The notes: generated by a model not told the origin, from the sequence alone. Counted from the first letter of the stretch, positions 26,185 through 35,981 are shown. The stretch is 50,917 nucleotides of DNA from an uncultured Planctomycetales bacterium (GCA_964395295.1 CAYNDR010000003.1:3594-54510), one strand, 5' to 3'. Translations and numbers: made by a program.

Positions 26185-26239
26185 CGCCGGACCTCCGCGA
26201 TTCCAGCGTAGCCGGCCGCCGGGGGGGAGTCAAGAAATA

Positions 26240-26255
26240 GTTGACACGTGACAAC
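26240..26255. promoter_or_regulatory. Near-palindromic candidate operator in the LacI / DUF1080-propeller divergent promoter region
   Basis: GTTGACACGTGACAAC (14 of 16 positions symmetric around the central ACGT), embedded in the only A/T-rich patch of the 105-nt intergenic region. It also contains TTGACA (26241-26246). Confidence 0.4.
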
Positions 26256-26289
26256 ATATTTCGTTGCATGGGCGGCAGGAGGAGGCGCG

Positions 26290-29200
26290 ATGGCGAGGCT
26301 GGCGGGACTGGCCCTGGCGGCGCTGGTCCTGGGAGGGGCCGCGGCCCAGGAGGAGGCGCCCCGGGGGTTCACCCCCTACGGCGGCCGCTGGGCCGTCCGC
26401 GACGGGGAACTCCACGCCGACGGCGGCGACGGCCCCAAGCTCCTCCTCGACGCGCCGGCTTTTTCGGCCGGCGAGGTCGGCGTCGAGGTCCTCCTGCCGG
26501 ACCGTCGGGCGAGCAACGCCGGGCTCCTCGTCAAGGTCACCGACCCCGGCGAGGGGGCCGACCGGTTCAGCGGCTACGAGGTCGCCCTCGAGGCCGCCGG
26601 GCGCCTCGTCCTCGGCCGCCACCGGCAGAACTTCGAGCCGATCCGCAACGTCCCCTGCGACGTCCCCGTCAACCAGTGGATCCCGCTGGTCGTGAAGATG
26701 ACGGAGAAGACGCTGGAGGTGCACGTCGGCGGGAAGATCGTCCTCCAGTACGAGGACAGGGAACATCCTCTGGCGGAAGGGCAGGTGGCGCTCCGCACGT
26801 GGCAGAGGCCCGCGCGCTACCGTAACCTGTGGGTCAGCGCCGGCGGGACCCGCAAGGCGGTCCCCTTCGAGCCGCGCGGCGAAGGGTATGTCCGGAAGGC
26901 CACGTGGCAGGAGACGGCGCGCGCGAGTCTCGCCAACCTCCGGCCCGGCAAGGCACGCGATGGGCTCGTGGAGCGGATCCGACGCGACTTCCCCGAGGCG
27001 GCGCGGCCGCTCGCCTGGTGCATCGAGGACGGCGTGTTCGACGACTCCTCGGGCCCCCTTTTCGTCCGCTGGGACGACTCCCGCGTCCGCTTCTCCGGCC
27101 CCTGGCAGGCCACCGTCTCGTCGGCCCCCGGCTCGCTCTTCGGCATGCGTTCCGACGCGGCCGGCGCGTCGGTGGAACTCGACTTCATCGGGACCTCGGC
27201 GGAGATGTCCAACCGCTCGGGGACGCTGGGACAGGGCCTGGTGATCTTCGAGGAGACGGGCCGCGCGATGGGCCTGGCCCGGGTCGAGGTCGACGGCCGG
27301 GCGGCGGAGACGGTCGACACGAGCCGCGCGCCGCGCACCCTCCTGGCGCGCGACCTCCCTCCCGGCCGGCACCGCCTGGCCGTGACCAACCTGGGCCGTC
27401 CGTCCCGTCCCGGCGGGAGCACCGCCGTGGTCGTGGCCGGCTTCTGGATCGGCGCGGGGAAGGGCGAGGCCTGGCGCTTCGCGCGGGCGGTGCGCGGCGG
27501 GGAGGCCTGGCGCCGCCGCGCCGCCGAGGGATCGCCCGCGGCGGAGGAACTCTACCTGGCCTCCCGCGAGCTGGACGAGGCCGCGCGGCCCCTGCGGTCG
27601 CTCCGGGCCGAGCCTCCGCCCTCGACCATGGTCGAGCGCGAGCGCCGGTCCTGGACGCCCCGGCCCGACACGCAGGCCTACCTCGACCGCCTCGCCAGGC
27701 TGGCCGGGCGCGCCGGGCGGGTCCTGATGGACGCCGATGCGTTCCCCTATTCCCGCGAGGGTTTCCCCGCGATGCTCGCCGCCGTGCGCCAGGCGGCGTC
27801 CGAGGCCGAGGACTTCTTCCGCGCCGAGGCGCGAACCCTGCCGCCCATCGTCTTCTTCACCGGCTCGCCCCTGCGGTCGGGGGCGGTGCCCAACTACGTC
27901 TGGCAAAGCCAGCCGCACGACGGCAAGTGGGGCTGCAGCATCCGCCTCTGGGACCCGTCGCGGCCCGAGGCCCCCGCGAAGGTCCTCTTCGAGGACCCGA
28001 AGTCGCTGATCTTCGACCTGAACCTCTCGTACGACGCGAAGACCGTCTTCTTCTCCATGCGCCGCGACGGCGGGCAGTGCTGGCAGATCTACGAGATGGG
28101 CATCGACGGGCGGGACCTCAGGCAGATCACCCGCGGCCCGCATTACAACGTCTGCCCCGTCCCGCTCCCGGACGGCCGCCTCGCGTTCCTGTCGAGCCGC
28201 ACGCCGGGCTATCACACCGTCTGCCAGTCCGGCCCCTCGATGCACGTCCACGTCATGGACCGCGACGGCTCCAACGCGCGGGACCTCAGCACCAACACCC
28301 TCACCGACTTCGGGCTCAACATCCTTCAGGACGGCCGCCTGATCTTCACGCGCTGGGAGTACGTCGACGTGACCCTGACCTACCGCCAGAGCCTGTGGAC
28401 CCAGTACCCCGACGGGCGCCAGTTCCAGCTCTACCAGGGCAACACCGTCTGGGACCCGCCCACCCGGTGGCAGGCGCGCGAGATCCCCGGGCGCGACGCC
28501 GTGGTCTGCACCTTCGCCCCGCACCACCACACGCCCCACGGAGCGATCGGCCTCGTCACCAACCGCAACGGCCCGGAGGCGCCCCGCGACGTGGGATTCC
28601 GCTGGATCACCCGCGAGTTCCCGTCGGTCCTCGACCTCGACCAGTTCTGGTCGTACCGTGATCCGTATCCGGTGGACCAGTGCCGGTTCCTCGTCTCGTA
28701 CGGCGGCGGCGGGCTCCACCGGTTCCGGATCGGCCTCCTCGACGAGATGGACAACTTCGTGAGGGTCTACGACGATCCCTCCACGAGCTGCTTCTATCCG
28801 ATGCCCGCGGTGCCGCGCCCCGTGCCGGCGTCGGTCGCCGGCGAGACGCCGAACGGGAAGGGGGCCGTCTTCCACGTCCCGGCCGCGCCCCCGGGACAGC
28901 CCCGGGCGGCCGACGTGCCGATCGGGCGGTTCGTGGTCTCGGACGTCCATGTCGGCGTCGAGCCGGCGGTCCGCCGCGGCGAGGTCGCGTCGATCCGCAT
29001 CATGGAGCAGCTCCCGAAGACCGTGGACCGGACGTGGCACTTCGTCTACGACCAGGGGCCGCTGATGGGGGCGGGCTCTTACTATGCCAAGCGCCTGTGG
29101 GGCTACGCGCCGGTGGAGGCTGACGGGTCCGCCTATTTCGAGGCCCCCGCGGGCAAGGAGCTTTACTTCCAGATCTGCGACGCGGAGGGGCGGGAACTCC

Positions 29201-30165
29201 AGCGGATGACCTCCGCCGCCCAGCTCATGCCGGGCGAGGTCCAGGGCTGTATCGGCTGCCACGAGGACCGCGCGCGGGCCGGTCCATCCGCCCGCCGCGT
29301 CCCCCTGGCGCTCCAGCGTCCTCCCACGCCGCTCGCGCTGCCGCCGTGGGGCAACGCCGGCATCCTGGACTACCCCGTGGTCGTCCAGCCGGTGCTCGAC
29401 CGGAACTGCGTGAACTGCCACGGCGGCACCGATCCTGCCGGCGGCCTCCTGCTGACGGGCGGATACACCCGCTTCTTCAACATGTCCTATGACAGCCTCG
29501 TGATCCGCTCCCGGTCGGACGCCCGGTCGCGGGACCTCTACACGGGCCGCAGCCGGGACCTGCCGCTGGTGCAGACCCTGCACCTGCTGAACGGCATCCA
29601 GTATCCGTACAGGCCCAGGACCAGCGGTTCGCTGGCCAGCCGCCTGCCGGGATACCTCACGGCGGAGCACTGCAAGAAGGCGGTGCCCGACGCCGACCGG
29701 CGCCTGATCCACGAGTGGATCGACGCGATGATCCCCTACTACGCCACCACCGACTACGCCCGCACCGAGGCGCTCTCCAACCGCGACAAGTGGGGGAAGC
29801 CCGACTCGAAGGATCTCCACGACTGGTACACGAAGGGATTCACGCCCGTCTACCGGAACCGCTGCGCCTCGTGCCACGGCGACATCCCCGCCCACGAGTT
29901 CGGGTTCGACCGCGGCACAATGTGGTCCTGGATCGACCTCTCGCGTCCGGAGTGGAGCCCGGCGCTGACGGCGCACCTTGCCAAGGCCGCGGGCGGCCGC
30001 GGCATCCCGGCGAAGGGCTTCCAGTTCAAGGACGCCTCGGACCCCGACTACCAGGCGATGCTCAAGGCCATCGCGGAGGGATCGAAGAAGGCGCACGAGG
30101 TCCCGGAGGCCGACATGCCCGGCTTCGTGAACCGGTCGCAGGACCGGTCCTACCGCTACCGCTGA
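26290..30165 (+). CDS. DUF1080 (3-keto-disaccharide-hydrolase-like) domain + TolB-like beta-propeller + tri-haem c module fusion protein (secreted, 1291 aa)
   Basis: ATG at 26290 after GGCAGGAGGAGG. Signal peptide MARLAGLALAALVLGGAAAQE. N-terminal GGRWAVRDGELH...NAGLLVKV...GYEVAL...NQWIPLVVK...EGQVALRTWQRPARYRNLWV (DUF1080 jelly-roll pattern). PD40 blades LPDGRLAFLSS and LQDGRLIFTRWEY. Three CxxCH motifs (CIGCH, CVNCH, CASCH). Confidence 0.8.
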   Translation: MARLAGLALAALVLGGAAAQEEAPRGFTPYGGRWAVRDGELHADGGDGPKLLLDAPAFSAGEVGVEVLLPDRRASNAGLLVKVTDPGEGADRFSGYEVALEAAGRLVLGRHRQNFEPIRNVPCDVPVNQWIPLVVKMTEKTLEVHVGGKIVLQYEDREHPLAEGQVALRTWQRPARYRNLWVSAGGTRKAVPFEPRGEGYVRKATWQETARASLANLRPGKARDGLVERIRRDFPEAARPLAWCIEDGVFDDSSGPLFVRWDDSRVRFSGPWQATVSSAPGSLFGMRSDAAGASVELDFIGTSAEMSNRSGTLGQGLVIFEETGRAMGLARVEVDGRAAETVDTSRAPRTLLARDLPPGRHRLAVTNLGRPSRPGGSTAVVVAGFWIGAGKGEAWRFARAVRGGEAWRRRAAEGSPAAEELYLASRELDEAARPLRSLRAEPPPSTMVERERRSWTPRPDTQAYLDRLARLAGRAGRVLMDADAFPYSREGFPAMLAAVRQAASEAEDFFRAEARTLPPIVFFTGSPLRSGAVPNYVWQSQPHDGKWGCSIRLWDPSRPEAPAKVLFEDPKSLIFDLNLSYDAKTVFFSMRRDGGQCWQIYEMGIDGRDLRQITRGPHYNVCPVPLPDGRLAFLSSRTPGYHTVCQSGPSMHVHVMDRDGSNARDLSTNTLTDFGLNILQDGRLIFTRWEYVDVTLTYRQSLWTQYPDGRQFQLYQGNTVWDPPTRWQAREIPGRDAVVCTFAPHHHTPHGAIGLVTNRNGPEAPRDVGFRWITREFPSVLDLDQFWSYRDPYPVDQCRFLVSYGGGGLHRFRIGLLDEMDNFVRVYDDPSTSCFYPMPAVPRPVPASVAGETPNGKGAVFHVPAAPPGQPRAADVPIGRFVVSDVHVGVEPAVRRGEVASIRIMEQLPKTVDRTWHFVYDQGPLMGAGSYYAKRLWGYAPVEADGSAYFEAPAGKELYFQICDAEGRELQRMTSAAQLMPGEVQGCIGCHEDRARAGPSARRVPLALQRPPTPLALPPWGNAGILDYPVVVQPVLDRNCVNCHGGTDPAGGLLLTGGYTRFFNMSYDSLVIRSRSDARSRDLYTGRSRDLPLVQTLHLLNGIQYPYRPRTSGSLASRLPGYLTAEHCKKAVPDADRRLIHEWIDAMIPYYATTDYARTEALSNRDKWGKPDSKDLHDWYTKGFTPVYRNRCASCHGDIPAHEFGFDRGTMWSWIDLSRPEWSPALTAHLAKAAGGRGIPAKGFQFKDASDPDYQAMLKAIAEGSKKAHEVPEADMPGFVNRSQDRSYRYR

Positions 30166-31247
30166 GGGGGCGGGAGCTTCTCGAGGAGGCGCCCCAGATC
30201 GTCCTTCGCCGGCTGGGACTCCAGCGACCCCATGAGCTGGAAGGCGTTCCGGGGATCGACGAGCCCCGGCAGGCACGCCCGGATCGCGCCGAGCTTCCCG
30301 TCGTCGAAGTCGAACGCGGCGCAGATCCGGACGATCTCGTCGACCCTGAATTTCAGGCGCGCCGCGGCGGGCTTGAGGACGGCCAGGCGCTCGCCGTCGA
30401 AACCCTGCTCGCGGAGGAGCGCCGTCAGCGTCGACACGGGATGGGTGCCGAGCACCGCTTCGCGCAGGCCGGTCCCGTCGGGCGCCGGCACTTCCATCAC
30501 GACGCCGTCCCCCGGCCGGAGGCCCTCGATCCACGCCTGGAAGGATTCCTTCGTCCCGTTCCAGACGGCCCCGGGGAAGAGCGTGACGCCGTCCCGGCGG
30601 GTCCTGGCCCTGGCGGCCCGGATGACGTCGCCCGCCTTGAGCCCGGCCGCCGCGGCGGGACTGCCTTCCTCCACCGCCTTCACCCGCACGGCTCCCGCAG
30701 TCTCGCCGGGGTCCACCTCTACGCCCAGATAACCGCGGGGCGTCTCCTCCTCCACGGTCGCGCGGGACGCCCCCCCGGCATCCTCCGGTTCCGCCAGCGC
30801 CTTGAATCCCATGAGGGTGAAGACGCCCGTCATGAGGGCCAGCAGAACCCCCGAGCGGTAGAGGGACTTCCCGCGGAGCTCCTCCCGGCTCTCGCGGATC
30901 GCGCCGCGCGCCCCGAGGGCGAAGGCCAGCGCCCCCGCCGCCGGGACCAGGCTGAGGTAGAAGACGATCTGGGCCGCCAGCCGGACGGGCCTCCGGTCGA
31001 AGCCGTCCCAGCCCGCGACGTCGCCATACGTCACGACGAGGGAGACGATGGAGGCGGCCACGAGGAGGAGGGTCGCCCCCAGCCCGCACAGGAAGCTCAT
31101 GGCGGCAAGGAAGCTCAGCCGCGTGTCCCGGAGGGGCTCCTCTTCGGCCTTCTTCTTCCGGCGCCTGGCCGCGGCGGCGAGAGCGATGACCCCCAGGCCG
31201 ATGATCCCCGCGATCAGGAGGAGGGCCAGTCCGACGGCGGCGTTCAT
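30156..31247 (-). CDS. Membrane protein with PDZ and DUF4476-like domains
   Basis: Start MNAAVGLALLLIAGIIGLGVIALAAA (ATG 31247), overlapping the kinase stop by 4 nt. About four TM helices. PDZ segment GYLGVEVD...VKAVEEGSPAAAAGLKAGDVI. C-terminal FDGERLAVLK...ICAAFDFDDGKLGAIRAC (DUF4476-like). Confidence 0.7.
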   Translation of the reverse strand: MNAAVGLALLLIAGIIGLGVIALAAAARRRKKKAEEEPLRDTRLSFLAAMSFLCGLGATLLLVAASIVSLVVTYGDVAGWDGFDRRPVRLAAQIVFYLSLVPAAGALAFALGARGAIRESREELRGKSLYRSGVLLALMTGVFTLMGFKALAEPEDAGGASRATVEEETPRGYLGVEVDPGETAGAVRVKAVEEGSPAAAAGLKAGDVIRAARARTRRDGVTLFPGAVWNGTKESFQAWIEGLRPGDGVVMEVPAPDGTGLREAVLGTHPVSTLTALLREQGFDGERLAVLKPAAARLKFRVDEIVRICAAFDFDDGKLGAIRACLPGLVDPRNAFQLMGSLESQPAKDDLGRLLEKLPPPQR

Positions 31248-33856
31248 GGCGATCGGGCCCCCGTGGCAAGAGGAAGTTGATCGATCCCGGAGACCTTCCA
31301 GGAGTCCCGCCGCTCCAGGTCGATCCAGCCCAGCTTCGTCCCGGAAGCCCTGTCCCTGTAGATCACCTGGCAGGAGGTGCGCGCCGCCCCCATGCGGGCG
31401 TGAACGATCCCCTTCCTCTCCCACCAGTCCCCGCGGGAGGCGCGGCCGGTCCCGAGACGTTCCCCGAGCTTCGACGGGGGGAGCTTGGCCTGGAGGGATT
31501 CGGTCATGAGCGCGGAGGCGGCCTCGAAGTCCCTCTCGCCGAGGGCGTCCATGAACCGGCGGGCCGCGTCCCGCGCCCTCGCGCCTTCCTGCTGGAGCGA
31601 CCCCAGGTGCGGCCGCACGTATCCCACGGCCGCCGCGAAGGCCGCGAGCGCCAGGAGCATCCCCGCGTGGGCGGTCCCGCGCCCCCGCAGGAGTCCCCGC
31701 GCCTCCGCGATGTGCCCGCCGGAGGCCCACCCCAGGATGAAGGCGACCGTGGAGAGCCCGAAGGCCAGGGTGCCCAGGACGAATCCGGCCCGGCGCAGGT
31801 CCCTGACGCCGGAGTCCGTGAGGGAGATGTCCGCCCCTCCGCTCTCCACCAGGACCACGATCGCCGCGGCCCCGGCCACCAGCGCCGAGAGGATGCCCCC
31901 GAGGAGCGCGAAGGCCGCCAGGGCGCTCGCCCGCGGCCGCACCGGCGGGGGCGGGGCCTGCGGCGGGGGCGTGGGCACGAGGTTCATGAGGGACCGCAGG
32001 ACTTCCGGAACCGCGCCCCCGCGGCGGACGTACCCCTTCCACAGCTCCAGGGCGAGCGCCATCCCCCAGAAGACGGCCACGCAGACCGCGGGCACCGCCG
32101 TGCCGGCCACCGCGACGAAGAAGACGAAGAGCGCGGCGTTGACGATGACGTAGACGCCGATCTTCTCGACCTGGCGCGGGGTGAGCTGGGCGATGAAGTT
32201 CCTCACGCCCTCCAGCGCGAAGGGCGGCGGGACGAACGCGATGTCCCCGCCCACGGTCCGCACCGTGAGCCAGCCCGCGCCGCCCCCGACCTGCCCGGAA
32301 GGGGCGCCCTCGACCTTCCCCGACCTCGTCTCCAGGTAGTAGCGGAAGGACGAGCCCGGCGAGGCATGGACCGACACCGCGGCGCCCTCGGTCTCCACCT
32401 GCCCGCGGCCGCGCGCCAGCTCCAGGCCGCCGATCTCCACCGTCCCGGCGCGGGACCGCACCTCGAAGTATTCCGACTTGAGGCCGTCGATCGCCACGCG
32501 GCCCTGCCCGGCGTGGACGCGGAGCGGGCCCTCGTGCGCGGCCACCGAGAGGTCGCCCTCGGGGATCCGGACGCTCAGGCTCCCCCGGACGTCCGCGACC
32601 CGCGCCGCGCCCTCGGCGGCCACGAGGTCCAGGTCCGCGCCCCGCGGGCAGAAGACGGTCACCGAGCGCGTCTCCACCTGCGACTGGAGCAGGGGCGTGG
32701 ACGCCTCCGCGTCGAACTGGTAGTCGCCCTCGATCCGGAAGGCGAACTCCTCCTTGTCCCAGCCCCTCACCGCGAGCGGGCAGGCCACCGTCCGGACGGC
32801 GAGGCGGCGGCCGGCGGAGAGGCCGACCTGCTTGCCCGTGTCGAGGTCCACGATGGGGCAGTCGGGCGAGGGGGCGGGGCTGGAGGAGGCCACCTGGTCC
32901 AGGTCCCGCCCCATGTGGCTGGCGCGCTGGTAGCGCCGCTCCGGGTCGCGCTCGATGGCCTTGAGGACGATGTCGTCCACCCGCGCGTCCAGCCGCGCGC
33001 GCCGCGACGGGGGATCGAACCGCCCCACGGGGAGCTCGCCGGTGAGGATCTCGTAGAGGACCACGCCCAGCGAGTAGATGTCCGCGCGGTGGTCGGCCCC
33101 CTTCATGCTGTCGCGCTGCTCGGGGGCCATGTAATCGGCCGTCCCCATGATGACGTTGGTCTGCGTGAGGGTGGAGGGGACCGTCTCGTCCCGGCGGATG
33201 ATCTTGGCCAGGCCGAAGTCGGCGACCTTGGCGGCGCCGGACCGCGAGAGGATGATGTTCTCCGGCTTGATGTCGCGGTGGATCACGCCCCGCGAGTGGG
33301 CGTACTCCAGGGCGTCGCAGAGCTGGGGGACGATGCGGAGGGCCTGCTCGGGGGGGAGCTTTTTCTGGACCAGGAGCTCGCGGAGGTTGACGCCGTCCAC
33401 GTGCTCCATGCCGAGGTAGCAGAGGTCGGCCTCGCGCCCCATCTCGTGGACGCGGACGATGTTGGGGTGGTCGAGGGCGGCCAGCGCCTGGGCCTCGCGG
33501 GCGAAGCGGCGGGGGAACTCCGGGTCGGCCGCCGCGAGGCGCGGCGAGAGGACCTTGAGGGCCACCGCGCGGTCGAGGTCGATCTGCCGGGCCTTGTAGA
33601 CGACCCCCATGCCGCCCTGGCCGATGACCTCGAGGACCTCCATGCCGCGGAAGGTCCCCCCGCGCTTGAGGGGCGGCGGGTCGTTCCTGGCCTTGGCGAA
33701 CGCGTCGTCCTCGACGGTGCTGGGGACGGGCGCGTCGTCGCCCTCCACGGCGAGGGCGGCGAGGCAGGGGGGGCAGATGCCCTCGTAGTCGCGGGCCTCC
33801 AGGCCCTCGGGGAAGGGCTCGCCGCATCTCGGACAGCTCGCGGGGGGGGCTTCCAT
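31244..33856 (-). CDS. Ser/Thr protein kinase with an N-terminal zinc ribbon, a beta-rich repeat region and a polytopic membrane C-terminus
   Basis: CPRCGEPF...CPPC. Kinase motifs GQGGMGVVYKA, ALK, HRDIKPENI, DFGLA, MAPE. Then a repetitive beta-strand region, about five TM helices and a roughly 110-aa C-terminal domain. Confidence 0.9.
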   Translation of the reverse strand: MEAPPASCPRCGEPFPEGLEARDYEGICPPCLAALAVEGDDAPVPSTVEDDAFAKARNDPPPLKRGGTFRGMEVLEVIGQGGMGVVYKARQIDLDRAVALKVLSPRLAAADPEFPRRFAREAQALAALDHPNIVRVHEMGREADLCYLGMEHVDGVNLRELLVQKKLPPEQALRIVPQLCDALEYAHSRGVIHRDIKPENIILSRSGAAKVADFGLAKIIRRDETVPSTLTQTNVIMGTADYMAPEQRDSMKGADHRADIYSLGVVLYEILTGELPVGRFDPPSRRARLDARVDDIVLKAIERDPERRYQRASHMGRDLDQVASSSPAPSPDCPIVDLDTGKQVGLSAGRRLAVRTVACPLAVRGWDKEEFAFRIEGDYQFDAEASTPLLQSQVETRSVTVFCPRGADLDLVAAEGAARVADVRGSLSVRIPEGDLSVAAHEGPLRVHAGQGRVAIDGLKSEYFEVRSRAGTVEIGGLELARGRGQVETEGAAVSVHASPGSSFRYYLETRSGKVEGAPSGQVGGGAGWLTVRTVGGDIAFVPPPFALEGVRNFIAQLTPRQVEKIGVYVIVNAALFVFFVAVAGTAVPAVCVAVFWGMALALELWKGYVRRGGAVPEVLRSLMNLVPTPPPQAPPPPVRPRASALAAFALLGGILSALVAGAAAIVVLVESGGADISLTDSGVRDLRRAGFVLGTLAFGLSTVAFILGWASGGHIAEARGLLRGRGTAHAGMLLALAAFAAAVGYVRPHLGSLQQEGARARDAARRFMDALGERDFEAASALMTESLQAKLPPSKLGERLGTGRASRGDWWERKGIVHARMGAARTSCQVIYRDRASGTKLGWIDLERRDSWKVSGIDQLPLATGARSP

Positions 33857-33910
33857 GACACCCTATAAAGAGGAAAGGGGCGCGGGGGTTTTAAAGAAAT
33901 CCGCGGCTCT

Positions 33911-34651
33911 CTACGAAAAGGCCGAGAAGAGGTCCCGGAGCTCCTCGCGGGCCTCCTCTTCGCCGCCGGAGTAGGCGCGGACCTCCTCGATGATGATCTC
34001 GCGGTACCGTTTCTTGAGGCGGTGGACGCGGTTGTTCACGTCGGCCTCGGAGATCCCCAGCCGCCGGGCCAGGTCGGCGTGCGTGGGCGCCCCCTTGCCG
34101 CCGGCGCTGAGGTAGAGGTGGAGGGCCTCGAACTCGGTGAGGCGGTCCGAGGACTTGAACTCCTCGCGGAGCTTCTGGAGCGCCGTCTTGATCACCTCGA
34201 GCGCCCACCGCCGCTGGAAGAGGCGCTCGGGGGTCTCGGAGGCCGCGGGCTGGCGGAGGATCTCGGTCTCCGCCCGGGCGAAGTCCAGGGAGAGGGGATG
34301 GAGCCCGCCGCCGCGCTTCTGGGCCCGCTCGCGGTCGTGCTCGTCCGCCAGGTAGTGCTGGAGGGCCACGACGAGGAACGTCCGGAACTTGCCCCGGGCG
34401 CGGTCCACGTACTGGAGGTAGTCCTTCTCGATGAAGGCGGTGAAGAAGCCCTGCGTGAGGTCCTGCGCGGATTCCGGGTCGCGGGTGCGGCGGACGTAGA
34501 AGTAGACCGGCTTCCAGTAGGCCCGGAAGAGGCGCTCCAGGGCCTCGCGGCGGTCGGGCGCGGAGGGGTCCTTGGCCTTGAGCACGACCGTCCAGAGCGT
34601 GGGCTGGAAGGCGCCCTCTCCTGGGGCTACGGCGGGTCCGTCGGTCCCCAC
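33911..34651 (-). CDS. ECF-type RNA polymerase sigma factor
   Basis: FQPTLWTVVLKAKD start, a region-2-like YWKPVYFYVRR..DPESAQDLTQGFF, and a region-4 HTH THADLARRLGISEADVNNRVHRLKKR. Immediately upstream of the Ser/Thr kinase on the same strand. Confidence 0.85.
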   Translation of the reverse strand: MGTDGPAVAPGEGAFQPTLWTVVLKAKDPSAPDRREALERLFRAYWKPVYFYVRRTRDPESAQDLTQGFFTAFIEKDYLQYVDRARGKFRTFLVVALQHYLADEHDRERAQKRGGGLHPLSLDFARAETEILRQPAASETPERLFQRRWALEVIKTALQKLREEFKSSDRLTEFEALHLYLSAGGKGAPTHADLARRLGISEADVNNRVHRLKKRYREIIIEEVRAYSGGEEEAREELRDLFSAFS

Positions 34652-34690
34652 GGCCGGTGATGGTATCCCCGTCGGATCGCGCCTGAAAGT

Positions 34691-34710
34691 GTTATCGCTA
34701 CAGCGGTAAC
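34691..34710 (-). terminator. Candidate hairpin 5 nt downstream of the DUF1566 gene stop
   Basis: GTTATCGCT-AC-AGCGGTAAC (9-bp arms with one mismatch). On the minus-strand RNA it is followed by ACUUUCAGG. It could equally be a regulatory palindrome upstream of the ECF sigma gene. Confidence 0.3.
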
Positions 34711-34715
34711 AGTCC

Positions 34716-35981
34716 TTACCGCGGCGGGCCGGGCGGGCGGCCGCCCGGCGGGGGCGCGACCGGGACCGGCGTGACGTCGGGCTGGACGGGCCGGACCGTC
34801 TTCGGATCGATGTCCCGCACCGCGCGGGCGTAATTGAGAATCCGGATCTCGTCGCCCTGCGGGCCGAGGCCGCCGGCGTAGCGGGCCGGGTCGCCGCGCT
34901 TGGGGTCGCTGCGCTGGGCCCCGGCGCCGTGGACGTTCATGGGCTCCCGCCGCCCGCCGGGGCCCGGCATGGAGCCCATGGCGCGGCCGAAGGCGATGTA
35001 GGCCGCGGCGCCGCCCTGGCGGCCCGGCCCCTCCAGGTGCGTCGTGCTCGACCAGAGCCAGCCCTCCCCGTCCGTCATCGAGAAGACCGGGTCGATCGCC
35101 GGCCCGCGCCGGTCGGGGTCGCGCGCGTCGGGCGCCCGGGTGTAGTCCACGAGGCTCTGCAGTTCCTTGATGTTCGGGAGGCGCCAGTCGTCGCGGCCGG
35201 CCAGCGCGAGGTCCTCGCAGTACGCCAGCGCCTCCTCCCAGTTCATCGCCTTGCCGCTGTCGGCCTTGGCCCACATCAGGCCGGTGGCCAGGTCGGAGAC
35301 CGTCCCGTCGCGGTTGTCCACGAGGCGGTTCCTCCCGTACTCGGGATTCCCGCGGACCAGCCGCGCGTACTCCGTCATCGGGCGCCCGTCGCGGTTGCGG
35401 TCCCGGGGATAGCCCTTGATCCGGCCGTCGGCGAAATTCACGCCGAACGCCGTGGCGTTGCCGCGCATGGTGAGCCCGACATACTCCGTGCTCGACCAGT
35501 GCTGGGCGTCGATCAGCCTCTCGCCTTTCGATTCGTCCCCGAAGCGGAAGTCGAAATACTTCGTGTCGAGATAGCACCGGGGCGGCCGGGCGCGGCAGTT
35601 CCCGTTGAAGTCGATGAGCGAGTAGAGTTCCTTGATCGTGGGCAGACGCCAGTCGGAGTGGCCGCCGAGCCGGCACTGGCCGGCCCGCTCCTTCGCCTCG
35701 GCGAACGTCAGCTTGCGGTCGAGCTCGGGCGTCTTCTGCCACAGGAGGCCGGTGTTGAGGTCGGAGACCGTGCCGTCCCCGTTGTCGCGGTAGGCGGGCT
35801 TCGCGCCCTCGTAGAAGGCGTCCTGGCCGAAGAAGGGCTCGCCCGGCCGGGGGACTTTCAGGAGCTGGGCGCTGTCGCCGAAGCAGTGCGTCTGTCCCGT
35901 GTCGACGACGACATAAGTCCGCGGCGGCGCGGGCTCCTGGGCGGCGGCGAGGACCGCCGCCGCGAGAATCAGCTGTCGCAT
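34716..35981 (-). CDS. Secreted DUF1566 (Lcl C-terminal domain) protein
   Basis: Signal peptide MRQLILAAAVLAAAQE. Two DUF1566 signatures: GLLWQK...DWRLPTIKELYSL and GLMWAK...DWRLPNIKELQSL. Confidence 0.75.
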   Translation of the reverse strand: MRQLILAAAVLAAAQEPAPPRTYVVVDTGQTHCFGDSAQLLKVPRPGEPFFGQDAFYEGAKPAYRDNGDGTVSDLNTGLLWQKTPELDRKLTFAEAKERAGQCRLGGHSDWRLPTIKELYSLIDFNGNCRARPPRCYLDTKYFDFRFGDESKGERLIDAQHWSSTEYVGLTMRGNATAFGVNFADGRIKGYPRDRNRDGRPMTEYARLVRGNPEYGRNRLVDNRDGTVSDLATGLMWAKADSGKAMNWEEALAYCEDLALAGRDDWRLPNIKELQSLVDYTRAPDARDPDRRGPAIDPVFSMTDGEGWLWSSTTHLEGPGRQGGAAAYIAFGRAMGSMPGPGGRREPMNVHGAGAQRSDPKRGDPARYAGGLGPQGDEIRILNYARAVRDIDPKTVRPVQPDVTPVPVAPPPGGRPPGPPR

